A DNA stretch of 64,000 nt from Lama glama (Eukaryota), in assembly GCA_028534125.1 (NCBI GenBank), contig CM052816.1, positions 8,992,001 through 9,056,000 of the forward strand, written 5' to 3'. Below, in pieces: positions 50,066 to 63,796 of this stretch. The position numbers and the translations under genes were made by a program. Below the pieces are notes generated by a model. It had not been told where the DNA came from. It searched no databases and worked only from the letters and a program-made list of their open reading frames with translations. Within the stretch, counting starts at the first letter, position 1; each line of letters begins with the position of its first letter.

Positions 50066-53000
50066 GCCAAGCAAAAGAGCCAACGTTGGTTACCTCTGGG
50101 GAGGAGGTGGGCTTGGGGGAGGCTAAAAGGGGTAGCTAATTTTGCCCCTCAACAGTAGTCATCCATTACTCAGCTGATTTAAAATAAAAAAAAACCTCCA
50201 TATATACGAGCTTTACAAAGATTTAAGACTAATGCTGGAGGGCACCAAAGAACACACCAGGAAACCAGGAACAGTAATTCAGCATCTCCGGCAGATGATG
50301 AGGAAGCTGTAATTGCTGCCCCGGGGCCACAGGATGTCAGCCTTGAGCAGCTTCCCTGGCGTGGGCAGGTACAGCCCGACAGGTGTGCGTGTGGGAGCCC
50401 GGGGAGAGGCAGGCTCTGCAGGTGCCGGTCGGTGGCTGCAGCAGGGCAGAGGCAGGAGCCCTCTGGGAATCTCACAGATGGCCCCTGCCTGGTCACAGCT
50501 TCCTGTGTCAGCAGGTCAGTAAAACAGTCTGTCACCCCAAGACGGTATTGTAAAACCTTTGCTGCAACAGAAACTCCTCCACAGCCTCCCTCTGCCAGGC
50601 TCATCTGCCTGCTCCACAGTCACGGCGTGAAGCTGGCAACACAGCTTCTTCAGCATCGTGTTGTCAGGACATGTGTCAGAACTGCATGCTCTTGGCCAGA
50701 CAGCCTGCTCCTGCCTGACAGCCAGCTGCCACGCTACAGCTACAGCAGAAAGGATCTGGGCTGGACCCAGACGGCCTCCCCACTGCAAGTGTCTTGGGAG
50801 AGGAGGCCTGAGTTGCCGTCCCACCGAAGGACTGATTTATTTCCCACTTGTTAGGGAAGTTACTCGATAAAATCAGATCTGCATACTGAGTATTCCACCT
50901 TGTAAATTCAGGAAGTCGATCCAGATACAGAGTCATAGTATTAACTTTTCACTTTATTCTATATTAATATTGTTGTAAAAAACCCCAAAACTGTATACTT
51001 CTGATTGAACTCAATAAAAGACTTTAAGATGAAAAAAAACCTCTCATTTCTTTCTTATAACTCAACTTGGTTACTATTTCAAGACAAGTAGAAGCTAAGT
51101 TTTGGTCAGTTGGCCCCTCCACCCCGGATCCTGCTCACTGGGACTGTGTCCGGCTCTGGCTCAGAAGGCGGATGGCACAGCCTCTTTCTAAGGACTCCAT
51201 GAGATCTGTGTTCTCATTTCTTTCCCTGAGATGCCCCTTCCCATCTCTGGGCCAGGGAATCAAGTTTGCTAGCTATGGGTAAAAAAGCCCTTTCTGCCCT
51301 CTCTAATGTATGCTTTCTCTAGGGTGTTTAGCTTTGTAATAAATCCTTCCTGCTCTAAGGGCACAGACTTTTGAAATTCAAAAGCCGGGAAGTGACCCCT
51401 TTTCTCTCTGCCTTCTGCTGCCCATCCCAACCCTGAGGCCTTGCTCCCTGAATAGAGGGAAGGCTTGTGATGGGTGGGAGAGGGAAATACCAGTTAATAT
51501 TTCAAAAATATCATCTTGCTACACATGGTCACGGGGTTTTAGGAATATAATATACAGAGCTGGTCACGAAACAGCTGAGGAATAGATGAGATTTGACGGA
51601 GAAAGGGAAAAATCCCAATGTGTCTCCCAGCCTTAGCATCGTTCCCTCTTCGGAATGGCTCCTGGCAATCAACACCAAATTCTCTAATTACCACTGACTC
51701 TGTCCCTTGATACCTTTATAAAGTCCCCAGTCGGGGACTCTGAGGGGCTGTAAAGATAGCTAACAAGAGCCAGCATGAATCGCTATGTGCCAGGACCTGT
51801 GCTAAGGGCTTCATACGTACCATCTTATTTAATTCTCACAACCACTCCATGAGACAGACCCCATATGCTCTGTTTTCTATACGGGGAATCTGAGGCACAG
51901 AGAGGTTAATTCATTTGCCTGAAGTCACGCCACATGCACACGTCAGAGCTACAGTTCACACAAGCATCGGTGGGACTAGGACAGGCTCAGTTTTCTCTCC
52001 TCTCCTCTCTCCCCTCAGGAGCATCCCTGGTGGGGTCTCCTCTGCCCAGTGTCTCCTGAGGGAAAGCAGGGGCCAGGCACCCCCCACAGGGAGAATGGCA
52101 TTGCCCTGCACCTGGCCCTTGTGTCACCCTTTCCAGCATCTCTATCACTTATCTGAGAAATACAATTTGGGTTTCGTCTGGGGCCCTGGAAACCATGTTG
52201 GAAATAGAGGACCTTCAGGAAGCCAGCAATTGTCTTTGTGCTTCGAGTGACTCAGTCCCTTGGCCTCTGAGCCAGAGGTTTTAATACTTATACAATGTTT
52301 GCTTCCTGAGACTCTGGCAGGCCACCAAGCTCTGATATATTGTGGGGAAAACCAAGGAATACCAGCTGCCACCTGGGTTTCCTTCAGCTTACAGATTTTC
52401 AGAGTAGAGAGCATATAGAAAACATCTAGTCTGGAGGTCCCCCTCCTTGCTTTTTTTTTTTTTTAAGCTACGAACCCTTTATTGAAATAATGAAATGGCC
52501 TCTAGGTTATACTGATTGCACTGCAAACCACGCACAGAATGCAAACACATGACGACCTGCTGGTCACTCGGGGAAATCCCCTAGACCAAGCTGCTGGCAT
52601 TGGATGCGACTCCCAGACATGCTTTACTTGGGAGGCCTCGTGTTTGTTTTTAAATCCTTCCTGATCACCATGGTTCCTGCCTCTTCCTTTTGCCTCACCT
52701 CTGGCCAGCTTCTCTCCTGCACCGCCAGGCGCGTGAAGGCACTGGAACTGTGATCTCCGCCTAGAGCCTGCAGAGGTGCTGTGGCTCCGTGGGGTAGGGC
52801 CTGGCATGCCACCAACTTGTGACTCCTCTCTCCCCAAGGGAGCCCCCAGGGCACCTTCTGTCCCATCTCATCCACATTCCCACCTTTACAGATGAAACCC
52901 CGAGGCTGAGAGAAGGGAGGAACGTAGTCAGGGTCGCCATCATGCTGGCTATGCCAGAACCAGTAGGAAAATGCCTTGTTTCAGGTCAGGGACAGTTTGC

Positions 53001-54329
53001 CCAAGGACAGGCCAAAATGAGGTGTGGATGACACAAGTCAGGGACTTCTCAAAGCCAGCCCACACAGCCTCAATTCTCAGAAGGCAGAGGTCTCACGGAG
53101 AGTCCCTCTTTGGTGTCTAAAGTACCTGTCCCATTGCTCAGAGTTCTACAGGGCTCCCCTTGATGGTCTCCACTGTCACCCACTCACTAGAACCCCCTCA
53201 GCGCAATTACCCCACCAGAGGGGCTGCCCTGGCAGAAATGTGACCTGCTGGTCAGGCCCTCTCTTCCCCAGAGCTGCTGAGACGATGGCTTACCATCACT
53301 CCACTCTGCCCCATCTCCTTCCCCTCCTCCTTCCATGTTTCCCCCCACCCCCACCTTCCTCCTTCCTTCTTTCTCTCTCTCTCTCCCTCCTACCTTTCTT
53401 CCTTGGTTTTTCCTTCCTCTCTCTCTCCCTCCTCTAACCCCTATCCTTCCAAGATTTCTGTCAATGTCTGGTTCTTCCCTGTGAGAGGGAACCAGCATCT
53501 TCTAGTCTTTACTCTGCCACTAACTTTCTGGGAGGCCTCAGGCAGGGCACTCTCCATTTCTGGGTCATTGCTTTCCCATCTATAAAGTAAAAGGGTTTTA
53601 CTGTGATTCTGTGATCTCTCAGTTTCCTTTCAGATCCAATAGTCTATGCATATTAACACAGTTGCAACACAAAATACCTCCAGGGGCCAGGCAGGGAAAG
53701 TCAGTGAAAAATTCACCCAACGGGCCCAACCTGGAGAGACTTGGCCACCAGAAGGGAAGAAGCTACCGGGCCCCAGCAGATCACTGTCCTGCAGAAACAT
53801 ATCAAGGTCCCAAAGAGGCCTTTCTGTGGGAGCTGGATTCTGCCTGTGGGCCAGCCGTTCGGGATCTCTGCATCCAGACAGATAGATGACCAGAAGGTCA
53901 CTTCCAATTACCATCCAGAGAAGTCACATGCTTGCCACATGCCTGTAGGAGCTGGAAGAATAGAATACTCCTGAAATGAGGTCTTGCACAGCCCCAGGCT
54001 GGATAAGGGAGCACCATATAAGCACGTCAGTCTCAAGGTCTTGCTGACATTACTCAGGGACAGAGAGAGGTTTTCAAACTATTTTTTGACCATGACCCAC
54101 TGGAAGAAATTAATTTGCAAATGACCCAGTATACAAATATACAAATAGAATATACAAATATTCACAAACAAAACTTATTTTTAGTATGCATAATATATAC
54201 TGATATTTTCTTTTTCTATTCCATTCCATTTCGATACTTTATGCCATCTCATTAAAAAATGTTGTTTGCACTCCAATAATATGCATATGATCAGAGGTGA
54301 AAAGAATGATAAAGATTATTCTAGGTTTG

Positions 54330-54532
54330 CACAGTCCAATACGGTAGGCATTAGTTATATGTGGCTAATTAAAATTAATTGAAGTTAAATAAAATAAAAA
54401 ATCCAATTTCTCAGCCACCCTTGCCACATTTTAAGTACTCAGAAGCCACATGTGGCTAGTGGCAGCTGTACTGGGTAACACAGAAAAAGAATGTTTCCAT
54501 CATTGCAGAATGTTCTATTAGACATCCCTGAC
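54330..54532. mobile_element. MER33-like hAT DNA transposon
   Basis: gtccaatacggtagg...atgtggctaattaaaatt...gccacattttaagtactcagaagccacatgtggctagtggc...tttccatcattgcagaatgttctatt. Confidence 0.8.
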
Positions 54533-54984
54533 CTACAACAAGCCTCACGGTTTCACCAGTGAAGAAACCAAGGCCCTTCAAACAGACTCATTTGAAATTG
54601 TGGATGTGTGGGTGGGGGACAAATGGGCAGCCTCAGTGATGTCTGCCAGTGGTCACAAGAGGAATTAGGAGGAAGAGTGGGTCCCCTGTAGGTTTATCCT
54701 CATTACAGGATTCACCACTCAGAGTCTACCCAGCATTCCGTGTGCAAGGTGGTGTATCAAAACCTTAACCTTCACAGAAAAACAAGCAAAATCTTCATTG
54801 CTTTATGAGGCACTCATGGAGTAGTTTCTTTGAAGGGAGAATGGGCTCTGGAATCTGTCAGATTGGGGTTCAAATCCAGGTGGTATAAGACTAGACAGGG
54901 TGCTGTGTCACTGGACCTTAGTTTTCCCATCATATGGGGATAATAGTATTTATCTTGCAGAATTTTTGAAAGGAGCAGAAGTTT

Positions 54985-54988
<4 letters not shown>

Positions 54989-55038
<50 letters not shown>
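54989..55038. repeat. (TA)25 microsatellite inside a MIR (~54825-55110)
   Basis: Directly visible; flanks carry MIR motifs (gggttcaaatcc, gttttcccatc...ggggataatagta). Confidence 0.95.
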
Positions 55039-55042
<4 letters not shown>

Positions 55043-55739
55043 ACCTAACACATTGTCTGGTATATTGTAAGTGCTAAACCAAAGTGGGCTATAATAGTAA
55101 TGATAATGATAGTTGTAGTAACAATTTAAAAATAAAGCTAAATATCATGGAGATGTAAAGATAAACACATCTCCTACTCCAAAGGAAATTCCAGGATGGA
55201 GTAGGGGGGATTTTTAAAAAATTGCATGTCTAATGCTAAACCCAGTACTTAACACTAGTAGGCACTCAGTAATTGCCAGATGAATGAATGATGAAAATAT
55301 ATCCCTAAATGTTACCGTCTAAGGTACAATTTGGTAAAGGAATCAGAGAGATCCAAACATGAAGTGTTAAGATTTTTATGAATTATTTCTGATTGGGTAG
55401 GGGACAGGAGAGAAAGAAAATCTGGAGAAAGTAGCATGGAGAGATGTCATTTCTGTACTTTTTTTAGTAGGTTGTTGATACATGACACGTGGGAGGAAGA
55501 AGTCAAGATACACGGTAACCAAGAGAAAAGAAAGAAGAAAAAGATCAAAAGATAACAGGAGGAAAGATAAAGAATACACTTCCTTTTGAGATTAAAAAAA
55601 TGATAAAAACAAAGATCCTCCCTAAAAATCAAAAAGCAAAAGTTGCTATATTTTATCTTTGTTCAAAGTTTCAAATTTAATTGGTTTGGACCAGGAGCTT
55701 CAGGGAAAATGTTTACTTTCTGCGTTCACTGTGTGTATC

Positions 55740-57050
55740 AGCAAGTAGTTCTCAACGATTGGTCATGCCCGGCAAACTGCTTTTTTTTCCACCCATAAAT
55801 GAAGTGGACATCTGTTGTTTTGCCTCTTTAGCATCTGCTCTCTGCTTCTTCTGGCAATTTAACCTCTCTTTCCCGTGGGGAGCCCACTCTGTGGAGTTTG
55901 GGTGGGCTGACCCTGCTGCAATACAGGATCTGAAAGTAGCCCGAGCCTGGCCACCCAGAGAACTCCAATCTTCGTTTCATGTGACTGGCAGGCACGTGAC
56001 CCAGTCCTCTCTGGATTTTTTCTGGGTTGCTAAGCCCGGAGGAGGTAGTAGCCAGAGGCCTCTGGCACTATCTGGCCCTCATGTGGAGAGAGCATACTAG
56101 AGATGCAGAGAGATAGTGAACGGGTCCCCAAATGTGTCACTTGAGTTTGTCCATCAAGACAGGCCCGAAGCTACGGCACTTCTGAACTCTCCAATTATAC
56201 AAACCAATATAGTTCAGTTCTTTAAAAAAAAAAAATATGACTTAGTTTGAGTTGGGGTTTCATCATTTGCAACCAACTACTTTATGCCCTAATTAATCAC
56301 AGTTTTCCATCTAAATCATAGTCAGATACCAATTTAAATTAAACAAATGTTCCAGGACCACTACATGCTGGATCTCATGTATCTAACATGACCCCCAGCA
56401 TCCAGCTGAGGACACAACGGACCAAGTGGACACAGTCCCTGCCCTCCTGTGACTCACACTCCAGCAGGGGAAATGGTGGGAAAGGCGTTCCAAGACAGGA
56501 AGAGGAGTGTTGAGTCAGACACGGCGGCTGCCTTCCCGACAGCCATTCCCCCTTCATCTGCTAACAGAGCCTCTCTCTTCCGGGGGAAATCCGTTTTTGT
56601 TCATCCTTCCCTAAGCTGCCGTGTCTTTTAGGAAAAGCTGTGAGCTTTCCTGGCCTTGGGGAAGGAATCCTGATTGGTGAACGTCGATTCTAGTATTCTC
56701 ATTCCTTTGTCAACTGACTGACTTAGGCAAAGGCATGCGACACACTCCTGGTCAACGAGACATGAAGGGAGGTCAGGTTGGGGTGTGGGGCCCTGGGGAG
56801 GTTCTCGTCACTCTTGTTGGCCTTTGGAGGTTGCTGCCTACCTGGGATGCTGGAACTGCAGCCCTGGTACCCACGATGAACTCCAAGGGGAGCCACTCAA
56901 GACGGAAAGAATCCGGGTGTTTGTGGATGATGCTGGACCTCTGAATGAACCTGCCTTGGATCTGCCCCTCTTTGGACTTTCTATTCTGTAAAACAGATGT
57001 GTCTAGATTGTTTAAGCCACTTTTAGTTGGGGGCTGTCACTGCTGCTGCA
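55740..57050 (+). mobile_element. Two old MaLR LTR remnants (MLT1J/K-like; ~55740-56290 and ~56500-57050)
   Basis: MLT1 3'-type motifs gtttgagttggggtttcatcatttgcaacca and ttgtttaagccacttttagttggg...ctgcag. Confidence 0.6.
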
Positions 57051-58084
57051 GGCAGTCCATGGAACCAAATGGTCCTACACTATGGGATCGTCGGAGTTGT
57101 CAGGAAAAGCTTCCTGGAGCCACTCTGGATATGAAAAGCTGGCCAGGCAGAGGTGGGGTGAGATGAAGTGGTCGTGCAGCAGAGGTCAGTGGTGGAAGTG
57201 GAACTGGAACACACTCCTTAACTGCATGAGTGTTTCTCAAAGTGCCCAGCTAACCACCTGCTTCAGGATCCCTTGGGGTTGGGTAGGGGGGAAAGGTGGG
57301 CACGGATGGTCAAAACGCAGATTCCTGGGCCCACCCTCAGAGCTGCCAAATGCGACCTGAAAGCTTAAACAAGCTCCCCTGCAGCCTCTTTTGTTCATTA
57401 AAGGCTGAAAACCCTTGGCTCAGTGACTTGAAGGCTCATACCATCTTTGGCACTGAGATGAGAATTTTAGAAATCTTGGTGTCTTACACTACTGTGTATC
57501 AAAAGTGCTGTCGTAAATAAGGTGCCAGTATCCCCCTGAGTATTACAAAGCGTATCTTATCCCATGTGTTTGCCAACCTTCTCAACGTTTAAAAAACTTA
57601 ACTGGCACTGAAATAATGTCCTCACACAGCTAGATTAAACACACAATTAATTTACTCAGCCCTCACAGATGGTTTTTCTTTTCTAAAGTTGTCATTTCTT
57701 TTAGGAAGAGCTGTTTCTGGTCTGTTATTAGAGCCATCCCCCATTGGGCAGAGATTAACAGTGCGGGCAGTCACGCAGGCAGTGAGATGAGCAAAGGTAT
57801 TTTCTCTCTCTCTCTGTCTCTCTAGTATATCCTGAGAAATGTGTCATGAGGGCTCAGAGCTAGCTTGTGATGGTGTCACTTGCCCAAACCAATGTCAGTC
57901 CTTCCATATGAGCCCTGAAATTTATCATTGTCCCTGGCACAGCCACTCTCCTGGTCTATCCATTACCACGCTGTGCAGACGAACCCCGTTCAGCCTCTCC
58001 ATCTCCACCAGCCCTGGCCCAGCCACAAGCACCTCTCACCTGGGCTACCACAGTGGTCGTCCTACCATATCTCTTTTCTAGATC

Positions 58085-58189
58085 ACTGGTTCTCAACCAG
58101 GGGCAATTCTCCAATCCTCCCCTGACCCCCTCTGCCAGGAGTCATTTAACAAAGCCTGGAGACATTTTTGATGGTCACAACTGAGGCGC

Positions 58190-58241
<52 letters not shown>

Positions 58242-58390
58242 AAGAGAAGAGAGATACTGGCATTTAGGGGGTAGAGGCCAGGGATACTGCTTAACATCTC
58301 ATAATGCACAAAATAGCCCCTCCCCTCCCCAACAAAGAATTATCTGGTCCAAGATACCAACAGTGTCACAAGGTGGAGAAACCTTGCTTT
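58085..58390. mobile_element. MER20 DNA transposon carrying a compound microsatellite
   Basis: ctggttctcaaccaggggcaatt...ggagacatttttgatggtcacaactg [repeat] tactggcatttag...agaggccagggatactgc...acaaagaattatctggtcca...gagaaacc. Confidence 0.88.
58186..58239. repeat. (GC)9(GT)12(GA)6 compound microsatellite
   Basis: Directly visible. Confidence 0.95.
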
Positions 58391-58834
58391 AGATGAGTCC
58401 CCCACATCCCCCAGCTCTCTGGTCAAAGGCCCTTCACTGACTCGCCCAAACAGCACAAACCTACTGTTCTTAGTTCTCACAGTCCTGGCGACTCTCCCTT
58501 GACTGCGTTTTTCAGTATGTACTGATATAATTAGTTGTGATTATTTGCTTAGTCTCTGTTTCCTCCATTAGACTCTAAGCTTGATGAGGGCAAGGATGAT
58601 GTTCTTTGAGCTCACTTCTCTAGTCCCAATGCCAAGCACAATACCTGGCACACAGCAGATTTACAACAAACATTTTAAAATAAATGAACTTACTTTGTGC
58701 GAATTCACGTGCAATCATGAAACACAATAGTTGGCATAGCTCCTGCCTCTAGGAAAATTACATTCTTGTGAGGATTATCTGAAAAATTCGTTTTACAAGA
58801 TAAGTGTTTTGAAGTATAAGAAAACCACACTGGC

Positions 58835-59178
58835 AGCAGTTCGGAAACTGTTTGGTCTCAGGACTCCTAACACACCTAAAATATTGCCGTGAACCTCAAA
58901 GAGCTTTTGTTCAGGTGAGTTACATCTACGGCTATTTACTGTATTAGAGTCCTACCTGAGAATTTTTTTAAAACAGAAAAACAGAAGCACACATTCCATT
59001 AGCTGTCAGTGATGACTTCATCATACATCCCCTCTGGAAAACCTCACTGTACTCTTGTGAGAGACTGAGAATGAGAAAGGCAAAACCCTTCTTGGGGTTG
59101 TTACGAAAATGGTGTTGATCCTGTGGACTGCTCAGAGGCCCTCAAGGGCTGTCAGGGAACATCTCTGAAAACTGCTGC
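58835..59178. mobile_element. hAT-Charlie DNA transposon remnant (subfamily uncertain, MER106-like)
   Basis: cagcagtt...aaactgtttggtctcaggac...caaagagcttttgtt...tatttactgtattaga ... gaaaactgctg; ends are roughly inverted repeats. Confidence 0.6.
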
Positions 59179-59329
59179 ACTCTAGGAACTCTGGTGCAAT
59201 AGAGGTAACTTCCTGCCGAGGAATCAGGGCACACGACCTGGAAATGGCACGTCCGCGTTGGCCCTTGCAAGATGGGAGGCATTGACACCAGCCAAGACGC
59301 ACACCTCTCCTGCTGGCCCACTCCATAGC

Positions 59330-59553
59330 AACAGTGGGCAAGCTACAGCTTGAGAGTCAATTTTGGCCCACTGCCTGTCTTTGCAAATCAAGTTTTATTG
59401 CAACACAGCCATATCGACTCATCTATGTGCTATCTACGGCTACTTTTGTGCTAAGATGGCAGAGCTGAGTAGTTACAACAGAGCCCGCAGGACCTACAAA
59501 GCCGAAGACAGTCACTCTCTGGCCCTTTCTAGAAAAAGTTTGCTGACTCTTGT
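59330..59553. mobile_element. MER58A DNA transposon
   Basis: ggcaagctacagc...ggcccactgcctg...aagttttattgcaacacagcca...gcagagctgagtagtt...ctggccctttctagaaaaagtttgctgac. Confidence 0.85.
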
Positions 59554-61501
59554 TCTTTAGAATATTTATAAAGGCAAATGTTTCAGTCAAAAATAAACTT
59601 GATGCTGAATGACTTTTTCATATGTACCAACCCACCCCTGCATTGGATCGGGGGTTAGTGAGTGGTAAGGAAGGTGAGAAAGAACATACCTCCATCAGGG
59701 GGCAAAAATACCATTAGCTTGGTGAGCCATCCTGAGACCTTTGTTCTAATCTTCTAACACACTGGGAGGCTTAGGGCAAATCATCCTAACCCACTGGGGA
59801 ATGCTGAGGAGGATGGACTAGACAGGGAAAGTTTCCCTAATAGTCAGAGTTGCTCAGAGATGACACGAGCAGCCTTTCTAGATAGTGAGCTTCCCACACG
59901 TGGAAGCTGCCTGGGGCTGCAGGACCCCTGGGCTCGACAGACAAGAATCAGATCTTTGGGACTCGGATAACTGTATTACATTAGGGAGCGCAAACTCAGC
60001 GCTTCAGAGGGTAGGAGGTCATGTAAATGGGAGAGTGGGCTGGGTAAGATGAAGGGAGTCGGGGAGGGAGTCAGAGAGGCATGGTTCCCACTCGATTTAA
60101 ACTGACTCCTGCCAGGTGGGGACATGGGCTCAGTGAAACCAGAAATCTGGATTTTAAAGTAAGATCTCTCAGCTTTCATAGCTAGGCTCAAATACTTAAA
60201 AAATAAGAAGAACAGTATGTGACTCAAGTAAAACATATTGATGGATCATCTTGTCACCTAGGCCACCAGGGATAAGATAAATTTTAGTGCCTTTGTCAGA
60301 TTAAACATGCTTTGATTCTAAGAGAATGAAAGCAATCCTTTATATTTATTGAGAGGTTTTTGATTTTCTGCCAGTCTTGACATCTTATTTCAACAGCGCA
60401 GTCAGGACCAGAACCCAGGAGTCCTGATGCCAAGTCTAGTCTTCATGCTGTGGCTGTAGGATCCACTGCGTCGGAAAGAAGACCTGAACTTAGCAGAGTG
60501 GACTGGGTGGGATGAAATGGAAACGACAGTGACGGCAGAAGAGCTAACCAGGCCGAGTGAGCAGGGAAAGAGCTCAGCAGCAGGAGGTGCAGTCGACGTG
60601 ACTGGAGCAGCAGACACAGTGAAGACAGTCCCTTTGGATCTCAAGAGCATCTACTCCACCCAGACCTTCCCTTGTCTTCAAAGGTCCAGGAGCCAGTAGA
60701 TTCCTGTATTACCTTGAGCTAGTTTGACCTGGATTTTGATCACTTGCAATCTAAGAGCTTACAAATGCAAGCTCTTAAGAAGGAGAGTAAAAATTTGCAC
60801 TGTTGCAGTATAAAAGCAGCCATAGACAATATGTAAATGAGTGGGCATAGCTGTGTTCCAACAAAACCTTATTTACAGATAGGCAGCGGGCCAGAATAGA
60901 CCTTCAAGCTGCAGTCTGCCGATCCGTGTTACAGAATCATTCAAGGGGCTAGCAGAAGTGTGTGTCTGTGTTGAGTGTTCTGATGCCACCCACCTTTCAA
61001 GACCAGCTCAGAGGTAACCTGGCTGGATTATTGGATAGATGATCTTAAAGATCCCTACCCACCAAGGGATTCAAGGATGCTCTGGTCTGATTTTGTCGCA
61101 ACGATTTAAAAGTAGAATCTAATTCAAGCTATGTTTGGAATGGAAAGTCTCCTCCAACAAAATGCCTCCAATCATAATTACCAGTTCTATAACTGAGCAT
61201 ATGTTGGGGAAAGCCTCAATTCATAGTGAGCCAGTTAAAATGCACGGAAGGGACAGCTAGCAGATCGTTTGAGTTAGAGTCCAGGCTGTTAATTACTTTT
61301 GTAAAAGAAATATATAAACATGCAGATGGCAATTGTAGTAAACATGTTCATCTACATATAAATATCAAAATCCAACCCACTCCTCAAGGCCTACCTCATA
61401 CGTAACATACTTCTAGAAAGATTTCCAGATTCTCGCCTCATGCTGCCCCCCCCAAATATGAGCTCTCTTTTAAAACCTCATGGCATGTACTTCTTATGAC
61501 T

Positions 61502-61689
61502 AAGTGCTTCTCAAACTTGAGTGTGCATCAGAATCCTCAGATGCCTTGTCAAAACACAGATTGTTGGGTCCCACCCCTACGGTTTCTGATTCAGTAGGTC
61601 CCAGGTTGGGGATGAGAATTTGCATTTCTAACAAGTTTCCAAGTGACGCTCACGCTGCTGGTTTGGGGACCACATTTTGAGAACCACTC
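61502..61689. mobile_element. MER5A DNA transposon
   Basis: agtgcttctcaaacttgagtgtgcatcagaatc...ctgattcagtaggtc...gaatttgcatttctaacaagtt...ggggaccacattttgagaaccact; inverted termini. Confidence 0.9.
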
Positions 61690-62105
61690 ACCTAGAGAAC
61701 AGTCTACCCTGTAATATTGTTACACTTGTGCTTGCTTTATTTCCCTAGCAGACTGTAAACTACTCGAGGAGGGGTGCTGCTGATGCCCCTAATCCCTGGA
61801 GTATTTGTGTGGGAACTCCACAAACATTTAGACACACCCATGGTTTAAGATAAGCAGTTAAGTCTCTGGTCAGGATGAACTTAATAGATGTTTGCTCCAA
61901 CAGGAATTTCTGGAGCCCACAAGGAAGGCAAACACAACAGGCTTGTTCCCAAGAAGTAACCAGTAACTAGTAAAGAGAATTTCTGTGGCCAAACCACGCT
62001 GTACTAGAACTCACAACACCATCAAGTTCAATATTCCGATGGAAGACCAGAACCCAAATGAAATCCGTCATATGGTTATGCAGCATTTTCTATACATAAT
62101 GCAGG

Positions 62106-62108
<3 letters not shown>

Positions 62109-62156
<48 letters not shown>
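62109..62156. repeat. (TG)24 microsatellite
   Basis: Directly visible. Confidence 0.95.
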
Positions 62157-62160
<4 letters not shown>

Positions 62161-62259
62161 AGGGAGGGTGAGGTGGGGGTGGACAACGACAAATAATAGA
62201 AACACTTAGGTTATCTAAATATCCTTTATGGGGAAACCAAGAAAAAAAGTATGATGGAA

Positions 62260-62588
62260 ATCAGAATGCGACTGTATTTTAAGGCAGGGGCTTTAATGAG
62301 TTTATTAAGTTAAAACGAGGTCATCAGGGTGAGCTCTAATCCAGTATGACTGGTGCCCTCATAATGAGAGAGGATGAGGACACAGACCTGCACAGGAGGA
62401 AGGTCATATGAAGATCCAGGGAGAAGACAGCCATCTACAAGCCAAGGAGACATGCCTCAGAAGAAACCAGCCCGGCTGACATCTACATCTCAGATTTCTG
62501 GCCTCCAGAACTATCACTAAATAAGTTTCTGTTGCTTAAGCCACTCATGTGTGATATATTGTTATGGCAGCTCTAGCTAACTAACACA
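62260..62588 (+). mobile_element. MaLR LTR (MLT1B-like), 5' partial
   Basis: aagttaaaacgaggtcatcagggtgagctctaatccagtatgactggtg...ccatctacaagccaagga...ggcctccagaact...ttgttatggcagctctagctaactaacaca. Confidence 0.85.
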
Positions 62589-63211
62589 GACTCCAAATCA
62601 TTATTTTAAGTAGTATAAAGCATATAAAAGCTGCCAGGGAATCAAGACCATGCAAAGCTCCTGGAGTAGAAGGTGCCCTGTCCGTCTACGCCTTGTCTCA
62701 GACTTATTATCTCCAGTTAGGAGGATCCCAGCAGGTCCTAACTGACCTCTTTTCCCATTCATTTCTCCACACAGGCGCCGGAGTGATGCTTTCAAGAGCC
62801 AAATACGATGATGCTTAAACCCCGCCTATCACTGCTTCCAGCAGCACTTAACACCATTCAATGGCTTTACTTTGCTCTTAGGATAAAGTCAGACTCCTTG
62901 CCATGGCTCTACAAGGGCCTGCATGGCCTGGTCCCTGCCAGCCTCCTCAATCTCCTCTCAGACCCTCTTCCCTTTTGGCAGTAGCTGAAAGCCACCTGGC
63001 TTTCTTTCTTTTCCCTCCAATGCACCGTGCTCCCTCCCCATACTGGGAGAGTCCCACTCCAAAACAGACATGAAAGAGGTGCTTCCACATGCAGATGTGC
63101 TAAATGTCCTGGAAGATGCATCTTGAGGCAGATGGCCTTCAATCCTGAGTTTTCATGCCCCACTAATTTTGTCAGGTTAGTCATTGGTAGAAATTGTCTA
63201 AAGACCAGATG

Positions 63212-63784
63212 AAAAGCACTATTTTCAATAGCAAAGACTCAGAAACAACCCAATGCCCATCAACAGACAACTGGCTTAAGAAGATGTGGTGTGTATATAT
63301 ACATATACATATACACAATGGAATATTACTCAGCCATAAAAAAGAATGAAATATTGCCATTTGCAGCAACATGTATGGACCTAGAGAATATCACACTAAG
63401 TGAAATAAGTCAGACAGAGAAAGCCAAATATTGTATCACTTACATGTGGAATCTAAAAAATAACAAATCTATCTATATACAAAACAGAAACAGACTCAAC
63501 AGATACAGAAAACAAATTTACAGTTACCAAAGGGGAAAGGGAGGATGGAAGGGATAAATTAGGAGCATGGAATTAACAGACACAAACTATTATACATAAA
63601 ATAGAGAAGCAACAGGATTTACTGTATAGCACAGGAACTATATTCAATATCTTATAATAACCTATAATGGAAAATAAACTGAAAAATTATATACACATAT
63701 ATATACATATATGAATCACTTTGCTGTACACCTGGAAATAAGACAATATTGTAAGTCAACTGTGCTTTCATTAAAAAAAAAAAA
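63212..63784 (+). mobile_element. Short 5'-truncated L1 (ORF2 end, 3' UTR, poly-A)
   Basis: MEYYSAIKKNEILPFAATCMDLENITLSEISQ; 3' UTR similar to that of the 40.8-42.9 kb L1; poly-A; diverged TSD aaagaccagatg (63200-63211) / aaagaacagttg (63785-63796). Confidence 0.92.
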
Positions 63785-63796
63785 AAAGAACAGTTG

